The notes beneath the pieces were generated by a model, which was given only the letters and a program-made list of their open reading frames with translations, did not search any database and was not told the origin of the DNA. The translations under genes and the position numbers were made by a program. A stretch of 64,000 nucleotides of DNA, taken from NCBI GenBank assembly GCA_963796275.1, contig CAWCKY010000007.1:288001-352000 (forward strand), read 5' to 3'. This document shows, in pieces, positions 47,543-63,381 of this stretch. Positions within the stretch are counted from its first letter, which is position 1. Each line of letters opens with the position of its first letter. The stretch is from an uncultured Acidobacteriota bacterium. GTDB taxonomy: Bacteria > Acidobacteriota > Blastocatellia > RBC074.

Positions 47543-49684
47543 ATCCGGCTATTCCGCAATCTGCCATACGTGATCCGCAATTAGTCGCCAACTGGCGCAA
47601 GCGTATCTTTCCCAATCAGGAATGGGCTCTCCTGCTGGTGCTGTTCTTCGAATGCACCATATTCAGCATTACGGGCAGCAACTTTCTGAGTCAGGAGAAT
47701 GCATTCGAAATCACGCGATTGGGCGTAGAGATCGGGTTGTTGGCGCTGGCGCTCACGCCAATCATCATTACAGGCGGGATCGATCTCTCGGTCGGATCGA
47801 TGATGGGACTCTCGGCTGTCGTATTCGGCAGTTTGTGGCGCGATGCGCATCTGCCGCTCTCGCTGGCGATCGCCATCACGCTGCTGGTGGGTCTAATCGG
47901 AGGCGCGCTCAATGCCTTGATCATCACGCGCTTGAAACTGCCGCCCCTGATCGTCACCCTCGGCACGTTTTCGCTCTTCCGCGGCATAGCGGAGGGCGTA
48001 ACGCGCGGCATCGAAAACTATTACGGTTTTCCGCCTAACTTTCTGTTTCTCGGTCAGGGCTACATTCTAGATGTCATTCCCTCGCAATTATTTATCCTGC
48101 TAGCCGCGATCGCCGGGGTATGGTGGTTGCTTCATCGCACGATCTATGGGCGAAGCCTGTACGCGATAGGCTTCTCCGCCGAAGGTGCGCGTTACGCGGG
48201 GATACCCGTCGGGCGCAGGATATGCGTTATCTACATTCTATCGGGGATTGCCGCGAGCCTGGCGGCCGTCATCTACGTCGCGCATCTGGGACAGGCGAAG
48301 TCCGATGCTGGGACAGGCTATGAGCTGATGGCGATCACAGCAGTCGTACTCGGAGGGGCATCGATCTTCGGCGGGCGCGGCACTGTGCTGGGTTCGGTGC
48401 TGGGATTGTTTGCGATTGTGATTCTGCAAAACGGTCTTAGATTGAGCGCGATGCGCGCTGAACTGGCGGGAATACTCACCGGGTTGCTGTTGCTCATCAC
48501 AATAGCCATCGATCGCTTCACCAGGCAAAGCGCGGCGGGAGCGAGCGCAACATCGGGCGACGGGATCTCGGATGTAGATCATTTATCGCAATCAGAGGCG
48601 CGAGATCGCGCGCTCTTCGAGGAGACTGAAGTGAAGAATTCACAAGTGGCAGTATTGAGCGCCGTGATTCTGGGCGCCGCCTTGATTATAGCGGGCAGCA
48701 ATTGGGCGCTCGTGCGCTCGCTCAAACAGGAATTGGCGAATACCCGGGTCGGCGGAGAATCCGAATCGACGAAAACCGCTTCGGCGACGGGCCAGATTCA
48801 GGTAGCGATGATGCCCAAGGCGAAAGGCGATCCTTACTTCATCAGTTGCCGGCAGGGCGCAGAAGATGCTGCGCGGGAACTGGGCGTCGATCTGTTGTGG
48901 GATGGTCCGACGGATCTCGATCCGGCGAAACAGAACGAAGTAGTCGAGGCTTGGATCACGCGCGGGGTGGATGTCATCGCCGTGAGCGTGGAAAATCAGG
49001 CGGCAATCTCGACGGTGCTGCGCAAGGCCCGTGCGCGGGGCATCCACGTCATCACCTGGGATGCCGATTCGGAGAGGGACGCGCGCGACTTCCTCATCAA
49101 TCAAGCCACGCCGCAGGGGATCGGTTATACCTTGACCGATGAGGCCGCGCGGATACTCAATGGGAGAGGCGAGTTCGCCATCATCACGGCTTCCGTGAGC
49201 GCGGCCAATCAGAACCAGTGGATAAAACACATCGAAGCGAGGCTCGCCGAAAAATACCCGAATATCAAGCTCGTCACCATTAAACCGAGCGACGGAGACC
49301 GCGACCGCGCATTCGCTGAAACGCAGACGGTGCTGAAAGTATTTCCCAATGTGAAACTGATCATGGCAATTGCGGCTCCCGCCGTTCCCGGAGCTGCCGA
49401 GGCCGTCAAACAATCGGGTCGCGCGGATGTCAAGGTCACCGGATTGTCATTGCCGAATATGTGTAAGCCGTACGTGGATGCGGGTGTCATCGAGAGCATA
49501 GTTCTTTGGAACACACTCGACCTCGGTTATCTGACCGTCTATGCCGCGAAAGCGTTGAATGATGGTGAACTCAAACGGGGAGTTAAAGAGATATCGGCGG
49601 GGAGATTGGGGAAGCTCGGAGTGGAAGGGGATGAGGTGAGACTAGGCGCGCCTTTTATTTTCAATAAGGCGAATATCGGGCGAT

Positions 49685-49695
<11 letters not shown>
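47539..49695 (+). CDS. Fused sugar ABC permease + substrate-binding protein (RhaS/LsrB-like)
   Basis: The N-half is a CUT2 permease (GGIDLSVGS, YELMAITAVVLGG). After a linker and one TM helix comes a periplasmic binding domain (MMPKAKGDPYF, WDGP, WDAD, LWNT.DLGY). Confidence 0.88.
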
Positions 49696-52653
<2,958 letters not shown>

Positions 52654-52875
52654 TTAAAAGTCCTCATTAGCCAAAGGGGCATGGCGTTACTAAATTATGC
52701 TAAATATTGAAGACTAGTCAATGATGAGTTAGGAGGGAGAGCAATCAAATGGCGAATGGGAGAGCCATTACCTGGTCAGAAGGAAAATACGAAACAGGCG
52801 AAGCCAAGGGAAGATTAAAAATTTCCATTCGGATCATCTTAACGTTCGTTTCGTATTCTCTTTTCCGACTCATCA

Positions 52876-54780
52876 TTACTTCAATTCGGTCGAAATCCCT
52901 AATGGTTTGGGGAGAAGGACCTTCCAGGATGAGAGCGATTGTTTATAACCTTCAATAGCCTTCTCTTTGTTACCGAGGGCCAGGTTAACGCCTGAGAGTA
53001 GAGCGAGTGTTGAGGCCACGCGACCGCGATCTCCGACCTTCTGCCAGATCGCCAATGATTCCTCCAAATTCTCCCGCGCTTTCTCTCTATCTTTGAGAGA
53101 AGCATGAATCTCGCCCAGACTAGTGAGCGTACCGGCGATGCGAACCTGGTCGTTGAGTTCTCGCGCGACGGCCAGTGACTGTTGATAATAATTCAGTGAA
53201 ACATCCGGCTTCTCGAGGGACTTATATACCAGTCCGAGATTGCCTAGTGTAACGGCCTCGCCTCTTTTATCGGCGACGGCGCGGCGCAATTCGAGAGCCT
53301 GCGTGTAAGAATCGAGCGCGCGCGGTATGTCTTTGAGGGTGAAGTAAATCCCACCCAGGCTGTTAAGCGTGAAGCTCTCTCCCCGTTTGTCCTTGCTCAA
53401 CCGCCGAAGCGGCAGTGCTGCGAGATAATACTTCAATGCGAGTTCGGTGCGGCCGAGAGAGGCATGCAGCGCAGCGATATCGCTCAAGGTAGTCGCCTCG
53501 CTGCTACGGTCATTGATGCTGTCCCAGAGAGGCAGCGCTTTTGTATAAAACTCGAGAGCGCGCTCCTTTTGTCCGGTCGTATCGGCGACAAAACCCAGGT
53601 TGCTGATGGTGACCGCTTCACCGCGTTTATCGCCGACTGCCTGCCACAGAGGCAAAGCGCGCTGAAAGTACTCAGACGCCTCTTTGAATTGCCCGTTGCG
53701 CGCAATGAGGCTTCCCATCGCATTGAGCAGTGTAGCCTCACCAGTCTTATCGTCGCCACTTCTCAGACGCAAAACGGCCTGTTCGTAAATCTCGAGCGCT
53801 TTCTTCGCCTGTCCCTGCTCCTCGTAAACTTTACCCAGGTTGTAGAGAGCCGTCGCCTCGCCCGTGTTCGATCCCAGGTTTGTTGCCCTTATCAAGCCCG
53901 AGGTCTTTACGATCAAACGCGCCTGATTGAAATAGCTTTCGGCCTGTTTCTTCTCACCGGCGGCATTATATATGCGGCCGAGTTGCGTCAAAACCGATGT
54001 TTCGTTGCTGCGGTCTCCGGCGGCACGCCAGAGGGGTAGAGATTGCTGGTAATAATTAATCGCCATCTGGCGGTCGCCGAGGCTATCTGAAACGGCGCCG
54101 AGCTGTGTGAGCCCGTTGGCGATCTCAGCCGGGTTGCTATAGCTACCCGCCGCCCGCCAATAGCGCAAGGCGTCTTCGTATTTCATCACTGCCGACCGCA
54201 GCGAGTTGGGTGTGCCTACGGCGCGCAGACTTTCGGCCTCTTTCCATCTCTGTACGGCAATGTTGCGATACTTCTCGGGCGAAAGCGCCGGCCGGCCCGA
54301 TTCGAGACTCGCTTCGAGATACATATCGCCCGGCACGTTGATGCGGTAGGAGTATTCGTAAAAACCTTCGAGGGAAGTCCCGACGAGTTGCGGCACGATA
54401 ACGCGGAACGATTTATTGGCGAGAACTGAAAGCTCAGCCGGGATCGTCGCAGAGCGCAACCGCACTTTCTTTTTATTATTGTTATTCTTGGGCTCGGCCG
54501 TTCTGGATTGCCTGACTGCCGGACGCCCAATTTTTTCCGTCTGCATCACCGAGGCCGTTTGGCCGGATCGCTCGGTTTGCCCCGTTTGCCCCGTTTGAGC
54601 CGAGGTCGTTACGGGAAAGCAGATAAAGCAGATAATGAAGGACAGGAACAGAGGTCTGTAAGATTCTAGCACTGTTCGACCTCGATTTGCGTCATCGATG
54701 ATCATGTGGTTCAACGGCGTTTCTATCTTCCATTTGCCGTTTGATGATGATCGCCCTTGAATCTGGCGTGGAGAACTCAA
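52876..54780 (-). CDS. Secreted or membrane-anchored TPR-repeat protein
   Basis: Hydrophobic signal-like segment (RPLFLSFIICFICFPVTTSAQ) and many 40-aa TPRs (GEA.TL.NLG..Y...G...AL..Y.QAL.L.R). No CHAT domain is visible. The start position is uncertain. Confidence 0.8.
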   Translation of the reverse strand: MSSPRQIQGRSSSNGKWKIETPLNHMIIDDANRGRTVLESYRPLFLSFIICFICFPVTTSAQTGQTGQTERSGQTASVMQTEKIGRPAVRQSRTAEPKNNNNKKKVRLRSATIPAELSVLANKSFRVIVPQLVGTSLEGFYEYSYRINVPGDMYLEASLESGRPALSPEKYRNIAVQRWKEAESLRAVGTPNSLRSAVMKYEDALRYWRAAGSYSNPAEIANGLTQLGAVSDSLGDRQMAINYYQQSLPLWRAAGDRSNETSVLTQLGRIYNAAGEKKQAESYFNQARLIVKTSGLIRATNLGSNTGEATALYNLGKVYEEQGQAKKALEIYEQAVLRLRSGDDKTGEATLLNAMGSLIARNGQFKEASEYFQRALPLWQAVGDKRGEAVTISNLGFVADTTGQKERALEFYTKALPLWDSINDRSSEATTLSDIAALHASLGRTELALKYYLAALPLRRLSKDKRGESFTLNSLGGIYFTLKDIPRALDSYTQALELRRAVADKRGEAVTLGNLGLVYKSLEKPDVSLNYYQQSLAVARELNDQVRIAGTLTSLGEIHASLKDREKARENLEESLAIWQKVGDRGRVASTLALLSGVNLALGNKEKAIEGYKQSLSSWKVLLPKPLGISTELK

Positions 54781-54841
54781 TGGTTGATATCTTCAAACGA
54801 CAAATGGAAAATCAAAATATGATTCCACCACAACACAATTA

Positions 54842-54901
54842 AGTGCGAAAAAGAACATAAGACGCAGACTTGGATTGTTTGCTTATGCGCTTTTTCGCAC
54901 T
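54842..54901 (-). terminator. Stem-loop downstream of the outer-membrane barrel gene
   Basis: AGTGCGAAAAAG..CATAAG pairs with CTTATG..CTTTTTCGCACT, about 25 nt after the stop at 54925. Confidence 0.5.
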
Positions 54902-54924
54902 CTTCTCAAATCGAAGTTGGTTTG

Positions 54925-55578
54925 TTATTGCTCGCCAAGTTTCAAGATAAATCCGGTGGATGCCCGGAAATTGGCCTGATTCAACTCGGACGAAGCGCCG
55001 TTACGATTACTGAACCTGGTCAGGATGTAATCGGTTTGCAAAAGTCTTACCCCAAGTCTTGAACTGAGGTTGAGATCGACGCCACCGCCAACCACAAATG
55101 CAATACCGGAATCGGATTGATTGATGGTTGAGAGAACGCTGCTGGTGCCGGAAGCGTTCTGGACCTGCACATCCTGGCGCGCCATACCGGCCATGATGTG
55201 GAGGAACGGAGTGAATCTCTCGAATCTGCGGATCGACAGACGCGGGCCCGCCGTAACGATGTAAGCATCACGGTCCAGAAGCTGACCGTTTACCTGTGCA
55301 TCGGTGAAGTGGCCGCTGAATTCCGCCGTGATACCGAGGAAGGAATTGAGGTGGTTCGTGACCGACACGCCGAACCCGTTCAGGTCACGATCAAGTGGAG
55401 CGGTAACAGCCGACGTCGTCGTTCCCGTCGTGCTCGCCACGCTTAATCCGGTAGCATTATCTAAACGCAGATACGAATATCCGCCGAAAATTTCGACCTT
55501 GGGGATTTCATCTTGTTGAGCAGAGGCGATAACGGGCAACGCCAATAGCAGTGCCACGACTAATAGTGATTTTCGCAT
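54925..55578 (-). CDS. Outer membrane beta-barrel protein
   Basis: Signal peptide, KVEIFGGYSY, AGPR, GGGVD and alternating C-terminal beta-strands. AAGGAGG RBS. Confidence 0.82.
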   Translation of the reverse strand: MRKSLLVVALLLALPVIASAQQDEIPKVEIFGGYSYLRLDNATGLSVASTTGTTTSAVTAPLDRDLNGFGVSVTNHLNSFLGITAEFSGHFTDAQVNGQLLDRDAYIVTAGPRLSIRRFERFTPFLHIMAGMARQDVQVQNASGTSSVLSTINQSDSGIAFVVGGGVDLNLSSRLGVRLLQTDYILTRFSNRNGASSELNQANFRASTGFILKLGEQ

Positions 55579-55831
55579 AAATTATGTTTCCTCCTTTAGT
55601 TGCCTAAAGTTCATAAGGTTATGGGGAAGTCAAATTTCGTGAAATGAGCTTTAAAACTCAGTCCTGTTTGCGACATATGCAAACAATTAGAAGGGCACGA
55701 TTAGCGATTTTTGGTTCACATCAACCTTCGCCTCTCACCTCCGCTCTGGGCTTCAGCTCTGAGCTTCGGGTCGAATGTAACCAAGTGAGTGTTTACTTAA
55801 TTCGCCACCACTCTGCGGGGATAGTGACATT

Positions 55832-55847
55832 TGGCACATGATAAGCT
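55832..55847 (+). promoter_or_regulatory. Candidate sigma54 promoter for the FHA-PrsW gene
   Basis: TGGCACATGATAAGCT has a perfect -24 TGGCAC and GG-N10-GC spacing. The -12 element is imperfect (AAGC). Confidence 0.4.
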
Positions 55848-55980
55848 ATTCGTCCCAGATTGCAACAACAAATTTCACCAGCAACTTATCCATTAGAGAT
55901 ATAGTTGTTTCTCTTCACACCCTGTAAAATCCCTAATGGATTCTCGGAAAATCGATCATTGTGAGTAACAATCACACCTT

Positions 55981-57468
55981 ATGCTACGACTCATCGTTCA
56001 AAATGGATTACTCGCCGGGCAAGAAATTAAATTCTTTGGCCGTGAAAGCCGAAACTTATCCCTCGGAAATAACCAAAATTGTGATCTATTCTTCCCTGAA
56101 AACTCCGTCTCTCCCTTCCATGCTAGAATTGTATTAGATGGCGATAATGTTCTACTCATCGATGAGGCTAGCGCCGACGGCATATTTGTAAACGGGATGA
56201 GGGTTGAGAGCGCCGGGTTGCGGGACGGAGACGTGGTCGAACTTGGGCGCGCGGGGCCTCGGCTTCTGGTATTGATTGACGGGGCTGGAGAGCCCGGGGT
56301 GCGGGGTGAGCTCGAAGTAACGCCGGTGGAGCCGACGCCGAGGGAAATAATTCGCCATACGGCAGATCACCTCGGCCTCTTTGATCCGCGTCATGATTCC
56401 GGCCGAACCCCGCATGGTGTCGAGGTCGGATGTTTATTAATGATGATATTCGCCGTTTTCGGTTTCACGGTGCTCAGCCTGACCGGCTCTCAGCTGGGGA
56501 TCGGGGTAGTTCTGATCAGCGGGTTAATCGCCTTCGCAACCGCCATCTTTTATTTAAGGATATTTCTCTGGCTCGACCGGTTCGACCCCGAACCGCCCCG
56601 GACGCTGGCGTTCGCCTTTGCTTGGGGAGCGACAATCGCGGTCTTCTTTTCGGGCATCGTCAATGATCTTTCGCAATCCTTCATCGGAGATCAGCTGACC
56701 GGAATCGTCTCCGCGCCCATCATAGAGGAGGGATGTAAAGGGCTAGGGGTGATATTGATCGCTCTCCTCTTCCGCAAGGATTTCGACAGCGTCGTCGACG
56801 GGATAGTTTATGGAGGCGTGGTGGCACTGGGGTTTGCGACGATGGAGAATATCGATTACTACGGCGTGAGCCTGGCCCACGGCGGCGCCAGCAGCCTGAT
56901 CGCGACATTCTTCATTCGCGGCGTACTGGCGCCCTTCTCGCATGTCCTCTTCACGAGCATGACGGGCATCGGGTGCGGCATCGCGCGTGAAACTCACAGC
57001 CTGCGCGTTAAACTGATAGCGACCTCGGCGGGCGTCTTGGGCGCGATGTTACTCCATGCTCTCTGGAACGCGCTGGCATCATTTGGCGGCTCGATTTTCC
57101 TGACGGGATATTTTCTGCTTCAGATGCCTCTTTTCATAGGGTTCATTGCAATCATCGCTTATCTGGTGAGGCGCGAGGGAAGGATACTCAGAAAGACGCT
57201 CGCGCCGGAGGTCGAACGCGGGTTGATCTCTCCGCAGCAGCTCGAGATCGCAATCTCGGTCTTTCGCCGGACCGAATGGCTGGCTACAGCTATCGGAAAT
57301 TCAAAACTCTTCGATGCTCGCCGCCGGTTTCTCCGCGCCGTGGCGAAACTCGGCCTCTGCCGCTGGCATCAGGCGCGCGCAGCGGAAGCCAGCAGGGATA
57401 CGGGAAGTTTGCTCCTCATCTCTAAGCTTCAGTCCGAGGTATTCATTTTGAGAGATATGGTTGGTTGA
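55981..57468 (+). CDS. FHA domain + PrsW-family intramembrane protease fusion
   Basis: N-terminal FHA-like domain (VSPFHARI...SADGIFVNG...LRDGDVVELG) and PrsW motifs DRFDPEP, EEGCK, GFATMEN, H..FT and HALWN. Confidence 0.85.
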   Translation: MLRLIVQNGLLAGQEIKFFGRESRNLSLGNNQNCDLFFPENSVSPFHARIVLDGDNVLLIDEASADGIFVNGMRVESAGLRDGDVVELGRAGPRLLVLIDGAGEPGVRGELEVTPVEPTPREIIRHTADHLGLFDPRHDSGRTPHGVEVGCLLMMIFAVFGFTVLSLTGSQLGIGVVLISGLIAFATAIFYLRIFLWLDRFDPEPPRTLAFAFAWGATIAVFFSGIVNDLSQSFIGDQLTGIVSAPIIEEGCKGLGVILIALLFRKDFDSVVDGIVYGGVVALGFATMENIDYYGVSLAHGGASSLIATFFIRGVLAPFSHVLFTSMTGIGCGIARETHSLRVKLIATSAGVLGAMLLHALWNALASFGGSIFLTGYFLLQMPLFIGFIAIIAYLVRREGRILRKTLAPEVERGLISPQQLEIAISVFRRTEWLATAIGNSKLFDARRRFLRAVAKLGLCRWHQARAAEASRDTGSLLLISKLQSEVFILRDMVG

Positions 57469-57544
57469 TTGAGACGCGAGCGAAATAGTGCAAAATAATA
57501 GAGTCCACCAGATTGTATCGATGTTCGGCGTCAAACGCGATCTG

Positions 57545-57617
57545 TTCGGAGTTTCGCCTTCAGGCGGTCGGGAAATCATCCGAAAAAAAAGACCGCGTAA
57601 ACGCGGAACTCCAAACG
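57545..57617. repeat. REP-like inverted pair (second copy of the 12456 family, unit order reversed)
   Basis: ttcggagtttcgccttcaggcggtc followed by gaccgcgtaaacgcggaactccaaacg. Confidence 0.8.
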
Positions 57618-57693
57618 ATCTGTAGTGATTATCGGTTGATCGGAAGGCTCAAAATAACAGAAGGCGAAGGCGCTTGGTGAGATAATACATCAG

Positions 57694-58461
57694 ATGAACT
57701 TCTCGGGAATTTCGGGAAAATCGTTTCTTGGCAGGTCGTTGCGCTACCCGCTCAGATTTATTCCCCGCCAGATGAAGATGCCGATCTTGCAAGGGAAGAT
57801 GAGAGGGAAGAAATGGATCGTCGGATCGAGCAACCACGGTTGCTGGCTGGGCAGCTACGAATACGAGCAGCGTATTCTCTTCGAGGATTTGGTATCTGAA
57901 GGCAGCGTCGTTTTTGACGTCGGTGCGCACGTGGGTTTTTATTCGCTCCTGGCGGCGATTCTGGTCGGAACGCGCGGGAAAGTTTATTCTTTCGAACCGC
58001 TGCCGACCAACTTACATTATTTGCAAGCGCACCTGCGTATCAATCGAATCACCAATGTAACCGTAGTCGAGAAGGCCGTGTCGGACAGCCCAGGCGAGGC
58101 GACATTTGTGGAGGAACGGAGCAGCGCTATGGGGCATTTTTCAACACATGGCTCCCTGATAGTTCCCACGGTCAGCCTCGATGATTTATTCCGGGATGGA
58201 GAGATACCATCCCCGGATTTCATCAAGATCGATGTCGAAAATGCGGCCTGGCTGGTTTTGACGGGAGCCGAGAAATTGCTGCGGAGCGCCCGGCCGACTA
58301 TCTTTCTATCCACCGACCCCCAGTCTTGGCGCCTCGAGTGCCACCAGTTTTTAGAGTCGCTCGGGTATCAACTGCGCCCCATAGATGCGACCAGTATGGA
58401 ACAAGCTGTCGAGATTCTGGCCTGCCATCCGGCGATGGCGGAAGAGCGAAATTCGAAATAA
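57694..58461 (+). CDS. FkbM-family SAM-dependent methyltransferase
   Basis: FDVGAHVG, SFEP, VSLDD and PDFIKIDVE. Confidence 0.88.
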   Translation: MNFSGISGKSFLGRSLRYPLRFIPRQMKMPILQGKMRGKKWIVGSSNHGCWLGSYEYEQRILFEDLVSEGSVVFDVGAHVGFYSLLAAILVGTRGKVYSFEPLPTNLHYLQAHLRINRITNVTVVEKAVSDSPGEATFVEERSSAMGHFSTHGSLIVPTVSLDDLFRDGEIPSPDFIKIDVENAAWLVLTGAEKLLRSARPTIFLSTDPQSWRLECHQFLESLGYQLRPIDATSMEQAVEILACHPAMAEERNSK

Positions 58462-58473
58462 ACGAAAATAAAA

Positions 58474-58528
58474 ATTCAGTTTTTAGTTGCTGATCGAGAC
58501 AGCTCAGCTAAAAACTAAAAACTGAAAT
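58474..58528. repeat. Palindromic heptamer-type repeat with GATCGAGAC core
   Basis: ttcagtttttagttgctgatcgagacagctcagctaaaaactaaaaactgaa, same family as 3509-3578. Confidence 0.75.
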
Positions 58529-58589
58529 TAACTGTTCAGCCTCTTCGCCGCGTTAGCGGCGGTTGATTGTAGCCGTGGGTTTTAACCCA

Positions 58590-59980
58590 CTGGTATCTAC
58601 ACATTTCCGACGGTTAGGAATAGCCTGGCACAATGAGCCGGGCCATCTGTTTAAGGTCATTGAGGTCATAATGTTCGAGCAATTCAAGTGTCGACAAGAA
58701 ACTCCAAAACCCAGCCAACAATGCTGGTGCAGTGGGTTGCCCACGCCGAACTTGTCGACCGCTCAATCGCACCAAGAGATTGCGCAGGGTGACCGTCTGC
58801 GGATCCGTTGCGCGTTGGATGTGCCAGACTACGACACAAGCCATGGCCACCACCAACAAACGTTTGGCAATCGCCTCAGCAGTTTCCTGCTGCCACTGGT
58901 CGACTTGGAAACCATGGCTTTTAAGCAACTTGAAGTAAGATTCAATTCTCCAGCGCCAGTAGTACCATTCGGCCAGTTGCTCAGCGCTGATGCCAGCCGG
59001 CACGTTACTGAGCAAGTACCATTCAGCCGCAATCGTTTCATCGGGCAAGCGCAGTTGACAGACAATCAAGCGCAGTTCGAGCGGCTCACCTTTGATCCAT
59101 TGACGCTTGCCCCCGTCGCGCGCGCGGGGAAAGGCCGGACGATCAATGACGATGCTGGTTTCGCCCACAAACAGTTGCCCAATGAGATTGGCCGAAATCT
59201 CTACCGCTTGGCTAGCGCGCAAGGCGACCTGTGCTGCGACCTGGCTCAACGGTTGTGTCCGCTCCTGCCAAACAACTCTCTGTTCCCCGTTGGCACGTAC
59301 TTCAAACAGATGGCCTTCACTATTCCATTGACGATAGTGAAAGATCGAGTCGCCTTCCCGATCAATGATGTGGACCAGCGGCAACGACAGTTTTTGCTTC
59401 TGCGAAGCCCGCATTGTCTGGCTCACCAATCCCAGGGGCGACCAATCTCTGTGCCTCTCTTCATCAAGCGTTGTGTGCCATCCATCATTGGCCCACAGCC
59501 CAAGGCTGATCGGCGCTATCGGCGCCCCGCTCTGGTCGCTCAGCAGCAACGTGGTCGCCAGTTTGTAGCCCAAGTCGCTGCCGATTTTTTTCCGATCCTT
59601 CTTGCTCGTGTGCGTTCCGTAGCGCAGATCAGACCAGTCGTGGATCGCCAGTCCATACCGTCGACAGACAAGCGGCATCTCCCGCCGAGCTTGTTCTACC
59701 AACGGTTCGACCAGCCCCGTCAGCTTCACATTGGGGTTGGCATAAAATCGCCAGGCCGCTTGCGTGCTGGCAAACGCTTCATTAACGCTCGGCAGCGCAC
59801 GCGATCCAGCAGCTTGATTCTCGCTTGTATGGAGATGTTCATTCACCAGCCTCTCATACCGTCTTTGCAAACGGGGGTCAAATGGAGGTTTGAGGAGAAA
59901 CATTCAAAGAGCATATTCTTCGGTAGGTTTGATTGCGATAACTCTTTGCAACCAAACGCAAAAACTTGTGTAGATACCAG
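58590..59980 (-). mobile_element. IS4-family insertion sequence (1391 bp)
   Basis: 14-bp terminal inverted repeats CTGGTATCTACACA / TGTGTAGATACCAG and a flanking 14-bp direct repeat TGGGTTTTAACCCA (58576-89 and 59981-94). Confidence 0.93.
58614..59903 (-). CDS. IS4-family (IS50/Tn5-like) DDE transposase
   Basis: AAWRFYAN, IHDWS, IIDREGD and the YREK signature YYWRWRIESYFKLLK. Intact 429-aa ORF. Confidence 0.92.
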   Translation of the reverse strand: MFLLKPPFDPRLQRRYERLVNEHLHTSENQAAGSRALPSVNEAFASTQAAWRFYANPNVKLTGLVEPLVEQARREMPLVCRRYGLAIHDWSDLRYGTHTSKKDRKKIGSDLGYKLATTLLLSDQSGAPIAPISLGLWANDGWHTTLDEERHRDWSPLGLVSQTMRASQKQKLSLPLVHIIDREGDSIFHYRQWNSEGHLFEVRANGEQRVVWQERTQPLSQVAAQVALRASQAVEISANLIGQLFVGETSIVIDRPAFPRARDGGKRQWIKGEPLELRLIVCQLRLPDETIAAEWYLLSNVPAGISAEQLAEWYYWRWRIESYFKLLKSHGFQVDQWQQETAEAIAKRLLVVAMACVVVWHIQRATDPQTVTLRNLLVRLSGRQVRRGQPTAPALLAGFWSFLSTLELLEHYDLNDLKQMARLIVPGYS

Positions 59981-60239
59981 TGGGTTTTAACCCACGGACG
60001 GCTTGAATGATATTCCCGCGTCGCGTCAGCGACGCCTGATTCAACCGTCGCTGACGCGACGTGAAAAAATCTATACCGCTACCGTGGGTTAAAACCCACG
60101 GCTACAATCAACCGCCGCTAACGCGGCGAAGAGGCTGAGCAGTCACAATAAAAATATATATAGGCAATTTCCCTTGGTCTTTATTTTCGTTCGGTCTCTT
60201 CCAGCATAGCGAAGCGCCCATAATAGTGAAAAATACCTA

Positions 60240-63071
<2,832 letters not shown>

Positions 63072-63216
63072 GGAGAATCCTCTCTGAAAAGCGCGATTTG
63101 GGTTTTGAGTCTTGATGCCTCTAGACAATAAACCGTGTCATTGAGGTGTAGCAATTGTGATTACGGCGGGAGCCGGAGTTTGGTTACATTTCACCATTTC
63201 AAAAGCGGGTTAAGGG

Positions 63217-63294
63217 AATGGATAATTGATAATGGATAATTGATAATTCGTATGGATTGTTGCCATGGTCTATACGAATTATCAATTATCCATT
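63217..63294. repeat. Heptamer repeat palindrome (AATGGAT/AATTGAT)
   Basis: aatggataattgataattcgtat pairs with atacgaattatcaattatccatt (23-bp inverted repeat), and the left arm is tandemly extended. Confidence 0.8.
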
Positions 63295-63381
63295 ACCCAT
63301 TCCCAGTTGCTTTTTTGTGCCACAATTTTGTTCAATTAATAACTATGAAATATATGATAGGAGGGATCTCTGCTTCAGCGT

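Larger units (their letters stand above)
58531..60143. repeat. 208-bp REPIN-like palindrome interrupted by an IS
   Basis: With the IS and one target copy removed, the left 62 bp match the reverse complement of 60082-60143 with 1 mismatch. The arms carry the hairpin ccgtgggttttaacccacgg. A central hairpin cgtcgcgtcagcgacg/cgtcgctgacgcgacg lies at 60019-61. Confidence 0.85.

Noticed and set aside
63307-63322. Sigma54 promoter for the M14 peptidase (TGGCACAAAAAAGCAA, minus strand)
   Set aside because: GG-GC spacing is 9 nt rather than the required 10. It would only fit if the A-run has a sequencing deletion.
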